Positions 24,021-35,134 of a stretch of 50,106 bases of DNA are shown piece by piece. The DNA comes from Octopus sinensis (lineage: Eukaryota), in NCBI RefSeq assembly GCF_006345805.1, contig NW_021834317.1, positions 1 to 50,106 of the forward strand. The letters run 5' to 3'. The position numbers were made by a program, and so were the translations under genes. Below the pieces are notes generated by a model. It saw nothing but the letters and a program-made list of their open reading frames with translations. It did no database searches and had not been told where the DNA came from. Each line of letters starts with the position of its first letter. Position 1 is the stretch's first letter.

Positions 24021-24250
24021 TATTTCTTTATTACCCACAAGGGGCTAAACACAGAGGGGACAAACAAGGACAGACATAGGTATTAAGTCGATTACATCGA
24101 CCCCAGTGCCTAACTGGTACTTAATTTATCGACCCCGAAAGGATGAAAGGCAAAGTCGACCTCGGCGGAATTTGAACTCACAACGTAACGCAGACGAAAT
24201 ACCGCTAAGCATTTCGCCCGGCGTGCTAACGTTTCTGCCAGCTCGCCGCC
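24021..24250 (-). mobile_element. SINE family A, tail type 1
   Basis: Reverse complement of the family A consensus, ending AGCCCCTTGTGGGTAATAAAGAAATA. Confidence 0.93.
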
Positions 24251-24510
24251 TTCGACCCAGGGTATAAGATGTTTTTTCACAGCTATTTTGTTACTGCCTA
24301 TTTGACGCCAATTATTTGGCACCGCCTAATTGGCGCCGCCTGTTTGCCGTCGCTTATTTGCAACTGCGCAGTAGTATGGGCAAATGTCTTTTACTATGGC
24401 CTCACAAATGCCTTGTCAACGAATTTGGTAAATAGAAACTGTGTGGAAGCCTCCTCCTTTATATGTGTGCGTATATGTGAGTGAGTGTATGTTTGTCTTT
24501 GTGTGTCCCT

Positions 24511-24850
24511 GAAGTGGTTCGACAGAGTGTCAAACACCGACGTTTGGGAAAGGGCCAACCAGGAGCCCATACATGTTCAGATTAGACGAAAGAAATGGAG
24601 ATGGATCGGACACACTGCGGAAAGAACCCTCAAATGTGACACGACAAGCACTTGACTGAACCCGAAGGGGAAAAGGAAGCGAGGACGCCCGAAGCAGACA
24701 TGGAAGCGGAGCATTTTGGAGGAGCTCAGGACCATGGGCTGACATAGGAAGCAGCCAAGAAACATGTCAATGACCGCGAAAAGTGGAAAACAACTGTTGA
24801 TGCCCTATGCTCCACAAGGGGCAAAAAGTATTAAGGAGAAGAAGAAGAAT
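24511..24850 (+). mobile_element. RTE-clade LINE 3' end
   Basis: KWFDRVSNTDVWERA...IRRKKWRWIGHT...ALDWNP-GKRKRGRPKQTWKR...KWKTTVDALCSTRG, then a short (GAA)n tail. Confidence 0.88.
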
Positions 24851-24932
24851 ATATATATATAATAAATTAATAAATAAAATAAAACATATGCATATATACA
24901 TACATAGAGAGGGAGAGACAGTAAGGTAGAAG

Positions 24933-25265
24933 TCCTGTACTCTATTTTTTCGTTGCTTAAGAAAAATGTTCATTTCCTTGGTTTTGTGTTTATGTTTCCG
25001 TTTCTCATTGTGTTCGACGTTTTTTTTTAGTCCTGTACCCATATATGTATGTATATATACATGTAGAGGTAGGTACGTATATATATCTATGTATATATGC
25101 ATATGTTTTATTTTATTTATTTATTTATTATATGACGGAACGCACGCATCCATTTCTAAGTAAGTTTGTTCTTAATATTAATAATGATGCGCACTCTTAA
25201 CCGTTCTGTGCCCCTCCCTTTCTCAGCCTTCATTCTTTCTGGTTTCCTTTTCTTCTACCTTACTG

Positions 25266-25306
<41 letters not shown>

Positions 25307-26007
25307 CTTCATTCTTTCTGGTTTTCTCTATAACCATTCCCTTTTTTTCTCTCTCTTTCTCTTGCCCCTCCTCCTCCCTCCCGTTGTTGACCCGCAACGA
25401 GAGCTCTGCTACTGTCTTTCTGACCTGGCTTCCTTCAAGTGTGGATGGCTTTCCTGTCTCTCTCTTGCCGTCCTCATAAAGCGTTCATAATATTTTTTCT
25501 TTCGTTCTGGCTTAACAGCTCTCAATGTTTGTGTTAGTTATTCTCCTTGTCCTGTCCTTTACTGTTTATATTTTGTACTGTCTTTACTGTCCTGTTTTTG
25601 TTACCATTTTTACCCCCCCCCCCGCAAAAATCTCAAATTTTATTTAATTTGCCTTTTGCGGGAAGGAATGTTTTATTGAAGTCGTGTCTCGCCTTGACCT
25701 TCGAAACGCGGAGTAGATGAAACAGAGGCGACTGAAGAAGGGGAATTTTCCTTGTATTGTATGTCCTGTAACTCTATTTTGTCGTTGTTTAAGAAAAATG
25801 TCTATTTCTTTGGTTTTGTGTTTATATTTTCGTTTCTCATTGTGTTCGACGTTTTTTTGGTGTCCTGTACCCATATATGAATGTATATATACATGTAGAG
25901 GTAGGCACGTACATATATGTATGTATATATGCATATGTTTTATTTATTTATTACTTTATTATATGACGGAACGCATGCATCCATTTCTAAGAAGTTCGTT
26001 CGTAATA
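24933..26007 (+). repeat. Direct repeat of about 245 bp (24933-25177 and 25764-26007)
   Basis: Colinear, moderately diverged copies that share, for example, TTTCTCATTGTGTTCGACGTTTTTT and GCATCCATTTCTAAG. Confidence 0.9.
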
Positions 26008-26014
26008 TATATAT

Positions 26015-26109
<95 letters not shown>

Positions 26110-26120
26110 ATATATATATA

Positions 26121-26342
26121 CTGTAATATCTCGCTATATCGCGGTTCACCTATCGCGGTTTATTATTTAAGCATCCGTCGATTCCTCCGTGGTGGTGTTT
26201 TGCATTCATAATAAAATAAATATATACAACTTATTAAAATAGTAAAATATATATATACACGCAGTACTGTTTCTACTTCGCAGATTTTCTCCTATTTCGG
26301 GGTGGGGGGTGGAACGTAACACCCGCGATAGTCGAGGGATTA

Positions 26343-26345
<3 letters not shown>
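26121..26345. mobile_element. pogo/Tigger-like MITE
   Basis: Left CTGTAATATCTCGCTATATCGCGG and right CCGCGATAGTCGAGGGATTACTG form imperfect TIRs, with TA on both sides. Confidence 0.7.
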
Positions 26346-26381
<36 letters not shown>

Positions 26382-26382
<1 letters not shown>

Positions 26383-26762
26383 TAGCAGTATCGCCCGGCG
26401 TTGCTCAGGTTTGTAAGGGAAATAACTATAAAGCATTTTTAGAGAGTTATAGCCAAAAAATAGAAAAAAATGGGAAAAAATGATGGTAAATTTTTTCGGG
26501 AGATTTAAAAAAGGTGGAGTTGCGTCCCCTAGACAGTTTGTGGTTCGTGTTTCTGATTCTCGACCCCATGTAGAATTTATCGATTTTTTTCAGAACTGGG
26601 GGAACTTTTCAAATTTTCGCTGCGTTAGTTTGAATTATGACATTGGGCTATGTGTGTGTCAAGTTTCATCAGAATCGGTTGAAAGCCGTGGTCGGGGTGA
26701 GGGTACAAGCAAACAGACACACAGAAACACGCACAGACAAACTGCCGTTTATATATAGAGAG

Positions 26763-26763
<1 letters not shown>
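26382..26763 (-). mobile_element. Non-autonomous Helitron
   Basis: Minus strand 5' TCTCTCTATATATAAA and 3' GAGCAACGCCGGGCGATACTGCTAG, with A|T insertion. Confidence 0.8.
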
Positions 26764-26796
<33 letters not shown>

Positions 26797-26868
26797 CATA
26801 GACACACATTTATATATATGTATGTATATATGAATATATATATATTCATAAATACATTTATACATATG

Positions 26869-26906
<38 letters not shown>

Positions 26907-27626
26907 AATTCATACATACACACATAGATACATAATGCGCACACACATACATATATATGCATAAATGTGTGTGTGTGTGGTGTGTGTGGTGTGTGTGTGT
27001 GTAATAATCCAGGCGAATTACTTCATAGCTTCTCTGTTGAAGATACACCAGTCTAAAAATATGTCCTATGTTAGATACGGGAACCCAGGTAATCCGAACT
27101 CAACAAGCTATCACTCGTCAAATTTGTAAGTCTGCGGCGTGGTTCCAAAGTAAAATTGGTATTTTGCGACAGAATCACAAGAAAAATATACACACCCATA
27201 AAAGGTTTTGTGCATTTATCTAAGGCTTATGCATGTTTCCAATAAATACTGGAGCGACTCAGTTTCCAATTCAATCGTATTAGTCAATAGTTCAATCATC
27301 CTATTGATCAATTGATCTACACGATTGAGCTATGGAACTGGACTCCTTCATTATTTATCGGAAACATATGTAAGCCATTAATAAATGTATAAAATCCATT
27401 ATCTATGTGTATTTCATATATATGTGTGTGTGCGCATGTGTGTATGTGTGTGTTTGTGCCCGAACTCAGAGTAGCAAGACTCGACCGAAATAAAATACTA
27501 ATCTCTCCCATGGTATCGGATACTTTTTTCCCGACAGTCTACACTAAACAACTATATAGATATATACACGTATACACACACATACAGGCATATATACACA
27601 CACATACACACACACACATATATAAA

Positions 27627-27854
27627 GGCGGCGAGCTGGCAGAAACGTTAGCAGGCCGGGCGAAATGCGTAGCCGTATTTCGTCTGTCGTTACGTCGTGA
27701 GTTCAAATTCCGCCGGGGTCGACTTTGCCTTTCATCCTTTCAGGGTCGATTAAATAAGTACCAGTTACGCACTGGGGTCGATGTAATCGACTTGATCCGT
27801 TTGTCTGTCCTTGTTTCTCCCCTCTATGTTTAACCCCTTGTAGGCAATAAAGAA

Positions 27855-27856
<2 letters not shown>
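27627..27856 (+). mobile_element. SINE family A, tail type 1
   Basis: Near-consensus copy. Confidence 0.93.
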
Positions 27857-27911
<55 letters not shown>

Positions 27912-28127
27912 TGTGTATATGAATTATGATATCTTTGTCGGATGATAGAACTTCATTTGAGGGAGATATATGTACTATTTCTAGTACACCAAGACACCGC
28001 GTAGAAGCGCTAGCCGTTGGTAATGGAATTCAAGGATTGGCTTAACGATTGCCATTGTAACTCTTTCATATTTGGTTTCTTTCGAAAATATTGGTTTGAG
28101 ATGTTTGCACAAGGCCAGCTATTCGCT

Positions 28128-28513
28128 ATTACATCGACCCCCTAAGGTCAACTGGTACTTATTTTATCGATCCCGAAAGGATGAAAAGCCAAGTAGACAC
28201 CGGCGGAATTTGAACTCGGAACGTAAAGACGGACGAAATGTCGCTGATAATTTTATCCGGCTGGGTAACAATTTGGCGAACTCGCCATCTTGGTTACTTT
28301 TGAAAACATAGGTTTCAAATTTTGTCACAAGACCAGTAATTTCGGGTAGGGATAAGGTTATGTCGATTCCATCGCCCCCCCCCCCCAAGGTTAACAGGTA
28401 CTTATTTTATCGACCCCGAAAGGGATGACAGGCAAAGTCGCCCTTGACAAAATTTGAACTCAGAACACAAAGCCGAACGGAATGACGCTAATGATTTTTT
28501 CCATCTCACCGCC
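28128..28513 (-). mobile_element. Two diverged SINE family A copies
   Basis: Two blocks of TTTTATCGA(T/C)CCCGAAAGG(G)ATGA...GAATTTGAACTC. Confidence 0.8.
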
Positions 28514-29039
28514 TTGTTTTCTTTTTAAAATATTACCGCAATAATTGAAATAGCTTCGAATGAGAACCGAACCTGGTTCCAGGCGACTCATCACTGCCGA
28601 AATCTCGCTACACCCGGTGCAACAACCAACGTTGTTCCACAAATGACTGATAAGTGTGTTACTCTGATAATCAGCAGCTTTATGATTTAATCGTCTTTAA
28701 ATAGATGAAATATTAATTCTGACTTACGCGAACGACGTTTTCCATTTTTCTTCTTTCCTTATTTTTTTTCCCCTCACTAATCTTGTAGATAAGCAACATA
28801 ATATATTAATACCATACTTTTCTCTCTGTTTGATATATTTCTACTCACACATACCAAGAAAGTTATTATCAGTATCATTATTATTGTTGTTGTTATTAAG
28901 ATAATCAGTAATGTATTCGATGGGTTCTCAGATGAACTTTCGGCGCATTTTTGCCAATATCAATGCTTTTAAAGTCGGAAATGTTGTTAATATTTAACTA
29001 ATTTTCTCTTGTCCTTCATCCACTCGAAACATCTAAACA

Positions 29040-29330
29040 GAAAGTGGAATAATAACTTCACTATGAGAGAATTAAATCACAGCATTGTAAACTACGGTGA
29101 AAGATGAATAACGATCCATAGCTAAAACGGTTAATTCAGCTTTGCAGAAACTTGGTGCTAGGGTATAAAGGAATAGTGGCAGAGGCAGTTGTGATAGTGG
29201 TGGTGATGAAGAAACTAATCCCTCGCTTTCCAAAATGCACCTATCGGTAAATTCAGGGCTTATCTCCAATATCCAGCCTCCGATCTCTATATATTTTAGC
29301 GAGGAACACATAGCTCGCGTCTCTTGATAA
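29040..29330 (+). mobile_element. Ancient L2/CR1-type RT relic
   Basis: Across frameshifts: IAKTVNSALQ, EAVVIVVVMKK and KFR-ISNI, resembling the W---AVV-P--KK...NYRPISNL early RT motifs. Confidence 0.45.
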
Positions 29331-29387
29331 GCATGCAAGTATGATGGGTAAATTTAACCGCCGGAGAAATTGTTTTTCAACATACTC

Positions 29388-29684
29388 AGAGCTAGGTGAA
29401 CTACCACCAATCCTTTCTACCTACATAGAGCTAAATGAACTAGACCAAACTGTTTTACCTACATAGGTTAAGTTCACTTAACCAACCTCTTTTACCCAGA
29501 AGCACTAGATGAACTGAGCCAATCTGTTCTACCTACATAGAGTTAAGTGAACTATACCAACCTATTCTCCCTAGAAGCACTAGATAAACTATGGCAACCC
29601 GTTCTACCTTCATACACCTAAGTAAACTAGCCCAGCCTGTTCTACCTACATAGTTTTAAGTGAACTATTCCAACCTGTTCTACC
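29388..29684 (+). repeat. Degenerate minisatellite, about 8 units of 36-39 bp
   Basis: Units approximate AGAGCTAAGTGAACTANNCCAACCTGTTCTACCTACAT. Confidence 0.9.
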
Positions 29685-30312
29685 GCTGCTGGTGACACTC
29701 ATCAGCTGAATAACCGAGTGACTATTCGCAACGTTGATGAATGTTTAATTTTCCATATATCAGAGACGACGAATTCTCGTCCGAGAATGTGGTTGGCTGC
29801 GAATATGTACCATTGAAAATGCCACAGAAGGCCGAAATGCATCTGATGCTCTCGCTGGTCACTGCTGGAACAATTTTCGTCTGCCTCTGATATTTATTAC
29901 GTTTTTAACACAGCACGTCCATAACCGACATTATGTCGGGACAAATACCATAGTCAAATGCCATTGTCTACTGACAATGTGTCTGCATTAAGTATGGTAC
30001 ATGGTTATTTTATTTCAATATTACCTTGTGTTTAATGGTATAACGTATGGTACAGGAGATGTATTAAAAAGAGAGAAATACTTTTTTTAAAGTCGCTATT
30101 AAGGAAATCCAGTTTAGGATTGGTCGTCATATTTTTACAAATGAATAGTTATTTAACAGTGTAGTGAGTTCTTTATTCAGTCGATGTTGGCTGATTTTAT
30201 GTATAATTCAAAACTTCCATGATTAAATAATGTTTTCACGTATGTAGGGTGTGGTTTGAAGAGTGTGCGTAGATATACATACATGCATACATACGTAAAT
30301 GCATGCATATGT

Positions 30313-30347
<35 letters not shown>

Positions 30348-30886
30348 CACATACACACAAATATGTATAACTCTCTCCTCTCTCAGCATGTATGTGTATG
30401 TGAGTGTAACTATGTTTATATGTAGTAAAATAACATTTTGGTAAAAATACATTGTAGTATGCTATGCAAGGCTCGTCCACATTTATTGGCTACCAGATAT
30501 CAACATACAGAGTAAATGCTCTCGCTGCGTGATACTTACCAGGAATTCCATAGCCTCCGTAGAGTTTATATTAATAGACAAATGAAAGTGAATAGAATGA
30601 GCGACATTTTTTATTTAAAACACTACAATTGTTTCGGCGCATTTTACACTAGTAGTACATTGGCAAGATGTTGTATAATCATTATCATCCATCCAAGGTG
30701 TAAAATTCACCTCGTCAGGTGATTATTTAAATAAGACCTTCGTAAGTTCCTACTCTATTTTCACTGAGTGAAATTGTAGTGATTTTAAGAAAAGAAATTA
30801 CTTCATTCCATTTTCTATCATTTATCTAGGTTTTAATGTATGTATGTATGTATGTATGTATGATTGTTGTTGTTTTTGCTGTTAAT

Positions 30887-31100
30887 GGAGCGAGCTGGTA
30901 GAATCGTTAGCATGCCGGGAAAGATGCTTAGCGGGATTACGTCCGTCTTTACGTTCTGAGTTCAAATTCAACAAAGGTCGACTTTGTCTTTCATCCTTTC
31001 AGGGTCGATAAATAAAGTACCAGTGAAATACTGGAATCGATGTAATCGACTGGTCCCCTCCCCCGAAATTTCAGGCCTTGTACTTTTTGTAGAAAGGATT
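30887..31100 (+). mobile_element. SINE family A, tail type 2
   Basis: Family A body ending CCCCCGAAATTTCAGGCCTTG...GTAGAAAGG. Confidence 0.88.
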
Positions 31101-31105
31101 ATCAA

Positions 31106-31138
<33 letters not shown>

Positions 31139-31139
31139 G

Positions 31140-31590
31140 TTGTGAGAGCAGCACATACCATCAAAGTGACGCTGGGATACAAATATACGAAGTCCAATAT
31201 AACCAACATGGCTACCCGTTTGATAAGATTAAAGAAGGCACAGGTATCACAACCATATGTATGTGACATGGTGACCTCGCTTCACAATAAACAGCCCATG
31301 ACCTTGCAAGTGGGGCACTGTTAAAATTTTCTTCAGGTTGAGTAGCCCATTCTTCTCAAAAGGTCCTTGAATAAGAGTTTTGTAAGGATGTTAAACGAAT
31401 CACCTATGTTTCCAGAGGTGAATTATTCAAACGCCCAAAGATCTCTCTCAACACATGGCTATGATGCTCCCCCACTGGTCCTACTCGTGATTAAAGATGC
31501 ACAAAACGTCAACCACTAAGGGACATGCCCGACTGGTTATGGTCAAGCAACTAACAGGCAAAGCTGCGGTAATGTGGCCCATTGTTTACA
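31140..31590 (-). repeat. Probable retroposon-type interspersed repeat ending in (CAA)n
   Basis: Complex sequence whose minus-strand end runs into the (TTG)n tract at 31107-31140. Single copy in this window, so only weakly supported. Confidence 0.35.
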
Positions 31591-31772
31591 CTAAAACAAA
31601 ATACGAACATGATTACACTTCCAATCAGTTAAGATCAGAAGCCATGAAAGCAAATATATACGTACGTACGTATGTCTGTCTTTCTGTGTGTCTGTCTGTC
31701 TGTCTGTCTGTCTGTATGTATGTATGTGTATGTATGTATGTATGTATGTATGTATGTATGTATGTATATATG

Positions 31773-32278
31773 TCATTATTCAGTTTATTTCAAGATTTCT
31801 TGCCAAAAGGGAAAGAACTGGTTTCTAACCTAGATCGAGGATTCCTTCGTTGGAATTTCAACATCAACAACAAGGAATTTTTGTTTGTATGTATGTATGT
31901 ATGTATGTGTATGTATGTATGTATGTATGTATGTATGTATGTATGGGCAGATTTGTATGTTTTATGTATGTATTCTCATGCTTATAGTTACATATCTAGA
32001 CATGCTCATATATATTTAAATGATAAACTTCTGGAAAGTTACAAACTTTTACAGTTCCAGTGATGGATTTGATCTGTAGTCTTCTCTTTTCTGGTTTTGA
32101 GAAGCCTAATTTCTCAATGCTGCTATTTAGGCAGTGTGTTACATATCTCAGGGCCTCAATAATTACAGGTATAAACCTGAACTTGTAATCTGGATAGAGT
32201 AACTGCAGATTTCTTATTAGTTCAGCGGTGGTATTCTCTTTTTCACTGATCCTCAGCATTATGCTAACATCCGCTGGG
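31773..32278 (-). mobile_element. R4/Dong-type LINE 3' end embedded in (ATAC)n
   Basis: ISEKENTTAELIRNLQLLYPDYKFRFIPVIIEAL...GTVK is an RLE C-terminus with a PV(I/V)-G-LG-like motif; its 3' UTR module recurs at 33238. Confidence 0.7.
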
Positions 32279-32299
32279 CAGTATGTACGTATGTATGTA

Positions 32300-32682
32300 T
32301 GATTTGTATTTGAGTATTATTTAAGTATTTCTTCAGAGAGTTCAAGCTGGTCACTAACAAAGCGACAAGACTCTTTGAGTTAAGAGAGTTCCCGGTGTTT
32401 GTAAATATGTGGTTGAGTTGGTACATTGGTTAAATTGACGATGCACACCCTCATGTGTGCATCTATTCACATAAGAATCTCAGATGCAGATGCTTACAAA
32501 TCTGCAATTTGCCACCAGTAGATTGCCTTTGAAAGATCCACGTCAGATTATTTTGCAAGCGCTTCTAGGTTTTTGTAGAAACTTGTTCGTACATAACCTA
32601 CGATGATGAGTGCAAACAAGAATTCATAGTCATGGTACAAGAGCTGTAAGTTCCGCATTACTTCGCCATAAATGTTTTCTTT
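32300..32682 (-). mobile_element. Second R4/Dong-type 3' fragment in (ATAC)n
   Basis: KENIYGEVMRNLQLLYHDYEF...IIVG is paralogous to the fragment at about 32250; bounded by TATG repeats on both sides. Confidence 0.65.
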
Positions 32683-33237
32683 ATGTATGTATGTATGTAT
32701 GTATGTATGTATGTACGTATGTATGTATGTATGTATGTATGTACGTACGTACGTATGTATGTACGTACGTATGTACGTACGTACGTATGTATGTATGTAT
32801 GTATGTATGTATGTATGTATGTACGTACGTATGTATGTATGCACGTACGTACGTACGTATGTATGTATGTATGTATGTATGTATGTATGCATGCATGTAT
32901 GTATGTGTGTATGTATGTATTATATATATGTATGTGTGTATGTATTATATATATGTAAGTGTGCATGTATGTGTATGTGTGTATATGTATGCATGTGTGT
33001 GTATGTAAGTATGTGTGTATATATGTATTTATTATACATATGTGTGTACGTATATATTGTATGTGTATGTATGTATGTATGTATGTATGTATGTGTATGT
33101 ATGCATGTTTGTGAATCTATGTTTGTATATGTATGTATATATGTATGCATGCATGCATGTATGTATCTATGCATGCATGTATGTATGTATGTATGTATGT
33201 ATGTATGTATGTATGTATGTATGTATGTATGAATGTG
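32683..33237. repeat. (TATG)n/(TACG)n compound microsatellite
   Basis: Read directly from the sequence. Confidence 0.97.
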
Positions 33238-33350
33238 TGATTGTTCAGTTTTATTTCAAGATTTCTTGCCAATAGAAAAATAGCCGGTTTCTAACCTTGA
33301 TCCAAAGTTCCTTTTGAATTTCAACATCAACAACAAGGTATTTTTGTATG
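33238..33350 (-). mobile_element. Isolated 3' terminal module of the (ATAC)n-associated LINE
   Basis: TTCAGTTT(T)ATTTCAAGATTTCTTGCCAA...GGTTTCTAACC...GAATTTCAACATCAACAACAAGG matches 31775-31880. Confidence 0.7.
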
Positions 33351-33601
33351 TTTGTATGTATGTATGTAGTATGTATGTATGTAGTATGTATACACGCATG
33401 CATGTATGTATGTATGTATGTGTGTGTGTGTAGTTTTAAACATTTGACCAAATGTATTTAGTAGTATGGTACCCAATTAGTTACCTCACTCTATCTATCC
33501 ATCTTTTTACTCTTCTTTTTTCTAAGTACGTCAATTTGTATACACACACACATACACATACATATGTATAAATTTAATGCGCTACATATGGATTGAACTA
33601 A

Positions 33602-35134
33602 TCTTATATATAATAAAACGGAAGATGTGTGTGTGCGTGTGTGTATACAGGCCTTTTTCTTGATCCCGCTTAAAATCAATATTTTTCATCTGATTTCGTT
33701 CATATATACATCACTTATGTTCCAGAGATGGTCATAGGCTCTTCAAACTTACCACATGTAATGTCGCCCCTAGGGGACGAAAACACCTCGTGGGTAAATA
33801 ACAAATACCAACGATTGTTGCTTCAAGGGACATTACTCTTGATGACATAGTTATGCTACTTTCACTTCTTCTACTACAGTTTTACAATACCCATTCACTG
33901 CAAACCGCCGATATTTGCATATTCACACTTCCTTCCGGTGGCCATGCAATTTAAATCAACTTTAATTACTTTTTAAATGCCTTAAGACAATGTTTAGCCA
34001 GAATGCCCAAAGGCTCAAACATCTCAACCCCTCCAAAGGCTATTTGTGATAATTTTCTGAACCCACTCAGCAAACGATTGTACGACAAACATCATTCAGG
34101 CATTCGGCTTAACCCTCTCTACCTTGGTCAATCGCTGAAAGTTGTCGGATTGGACCTTTAAAAGTCATGCTTTTCACACAGACAGTTCTACGTCGGTTGT
34201 TCCAGAGTTTACCATCCAGACAACTTATTCATCTATGCTCCTGAAGGAAAAACCAAAATTGTCGTCGACAAAACATCTCTATAGTAGTTACTCCTCTACC
34301 GCAATCTTTACATCAACGTTAAACGTTAGCAATCAGACTTCCTACAAGCATTTCATTGTTATTTTGCTTCATTTCCGTGATTGCTGTTAACAGTACATTA
34401 CCTTCAATGACTCTTCTTTCCTTCACGCACGCTATTCGCTCATAAGCGTGTTCTGACATTTCTTTTTGTACATGCCACTATTCTTTTTGTGTGTTTGCTA
34501 TAAATGTTTGCTTTAATTTAACATACACGACTTTCATTGAAAAAAGCTTCAATGCACTTGCGTTAGGCATTACGTGTAAAATAACTACATGCTACAAAAC
34601 GCATGAGGTAAGATATAGGACTCCTAATGCCTACTGAAATTGCGATACTGAAAAGGCGGCGAGCTGGCAGAAACGTTAGCACGTCGGGCAAAATGCGTAG
34701 CCGTATTTCGTCTGCCGTTACGTTCTGAGTTCAAATTCCGCCGAGGTCGACTTTGCCTTTCATCCTTTCGGGGTCGATTAAATAAGTACCAGTTATGTAC
34801 TGGGGTCGATATAATCGACTTAATCCGTTTGTCTGTCCTTGTTTGTCTGTGTTTAGCCCCTTGTGGGTAGTAAAGAAATATACTGAAATTGCGATATCAT
34901 TTCATGGACTTTCATTTACTACTAACTGCCAAATTTTTGTTCAAAAATATTTATTCATTACCTAGGTTACTTAATACCATATAATAAACTGCTAACAAAA
35001 TAGGAAATAATAATACATTTTACGTTTATCAACCTGAAACGACTTCTAACTGCCAGCTGATTCAACTTGAACCGTCCAAAGGAGTGCGCCATTATAATAA
35101 ATTACACCGTCCAAAGGACGGGCGCGTTTGCTAG
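33602..35134 (+). mobile_element. Internally deleted Helitron with a Pif1-helicase C-terminal relic
   Basis: 5' A|TC TTATATATAATAAAA; GQSLKVVGLDL...YVGCSRV-HPDNLFIYAPEGKTKIVV at 34126-34284; 3' hairpin CCGTCC-AAA-GGACGG (35107-35121) followed by CTAG|T. Confidence 0.85.
34655..34880 (+). mobile_element. SINE family A, tail type 1, nested in the Helitron
   Basis: Near-consensus copy; TACTGAAATTGCGATA is duplicated at 34632-34647 and 34881-34896. Confidence 0.93.

Noticed and set aside
24800-24850. RTE tail as the partner of SINE-C
   Set aside because: Only an 8-mer (GCCCTATG) is shared, which is too short to support the claim.
29072-29338. Minus-strand ORF containing LAMDRY, resembling the GPCR DRY motif
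   Set aside because: There is no seven-helix pattern, stops follow soon after, and the opposite strand is better explained as an L2/CR1 RT relic.
29388-29684. CRISPR-like array
   Set aside because: The units are contiguous and degenerate with no unique spacers, the context is eukaryotic, and there are no cas genes.
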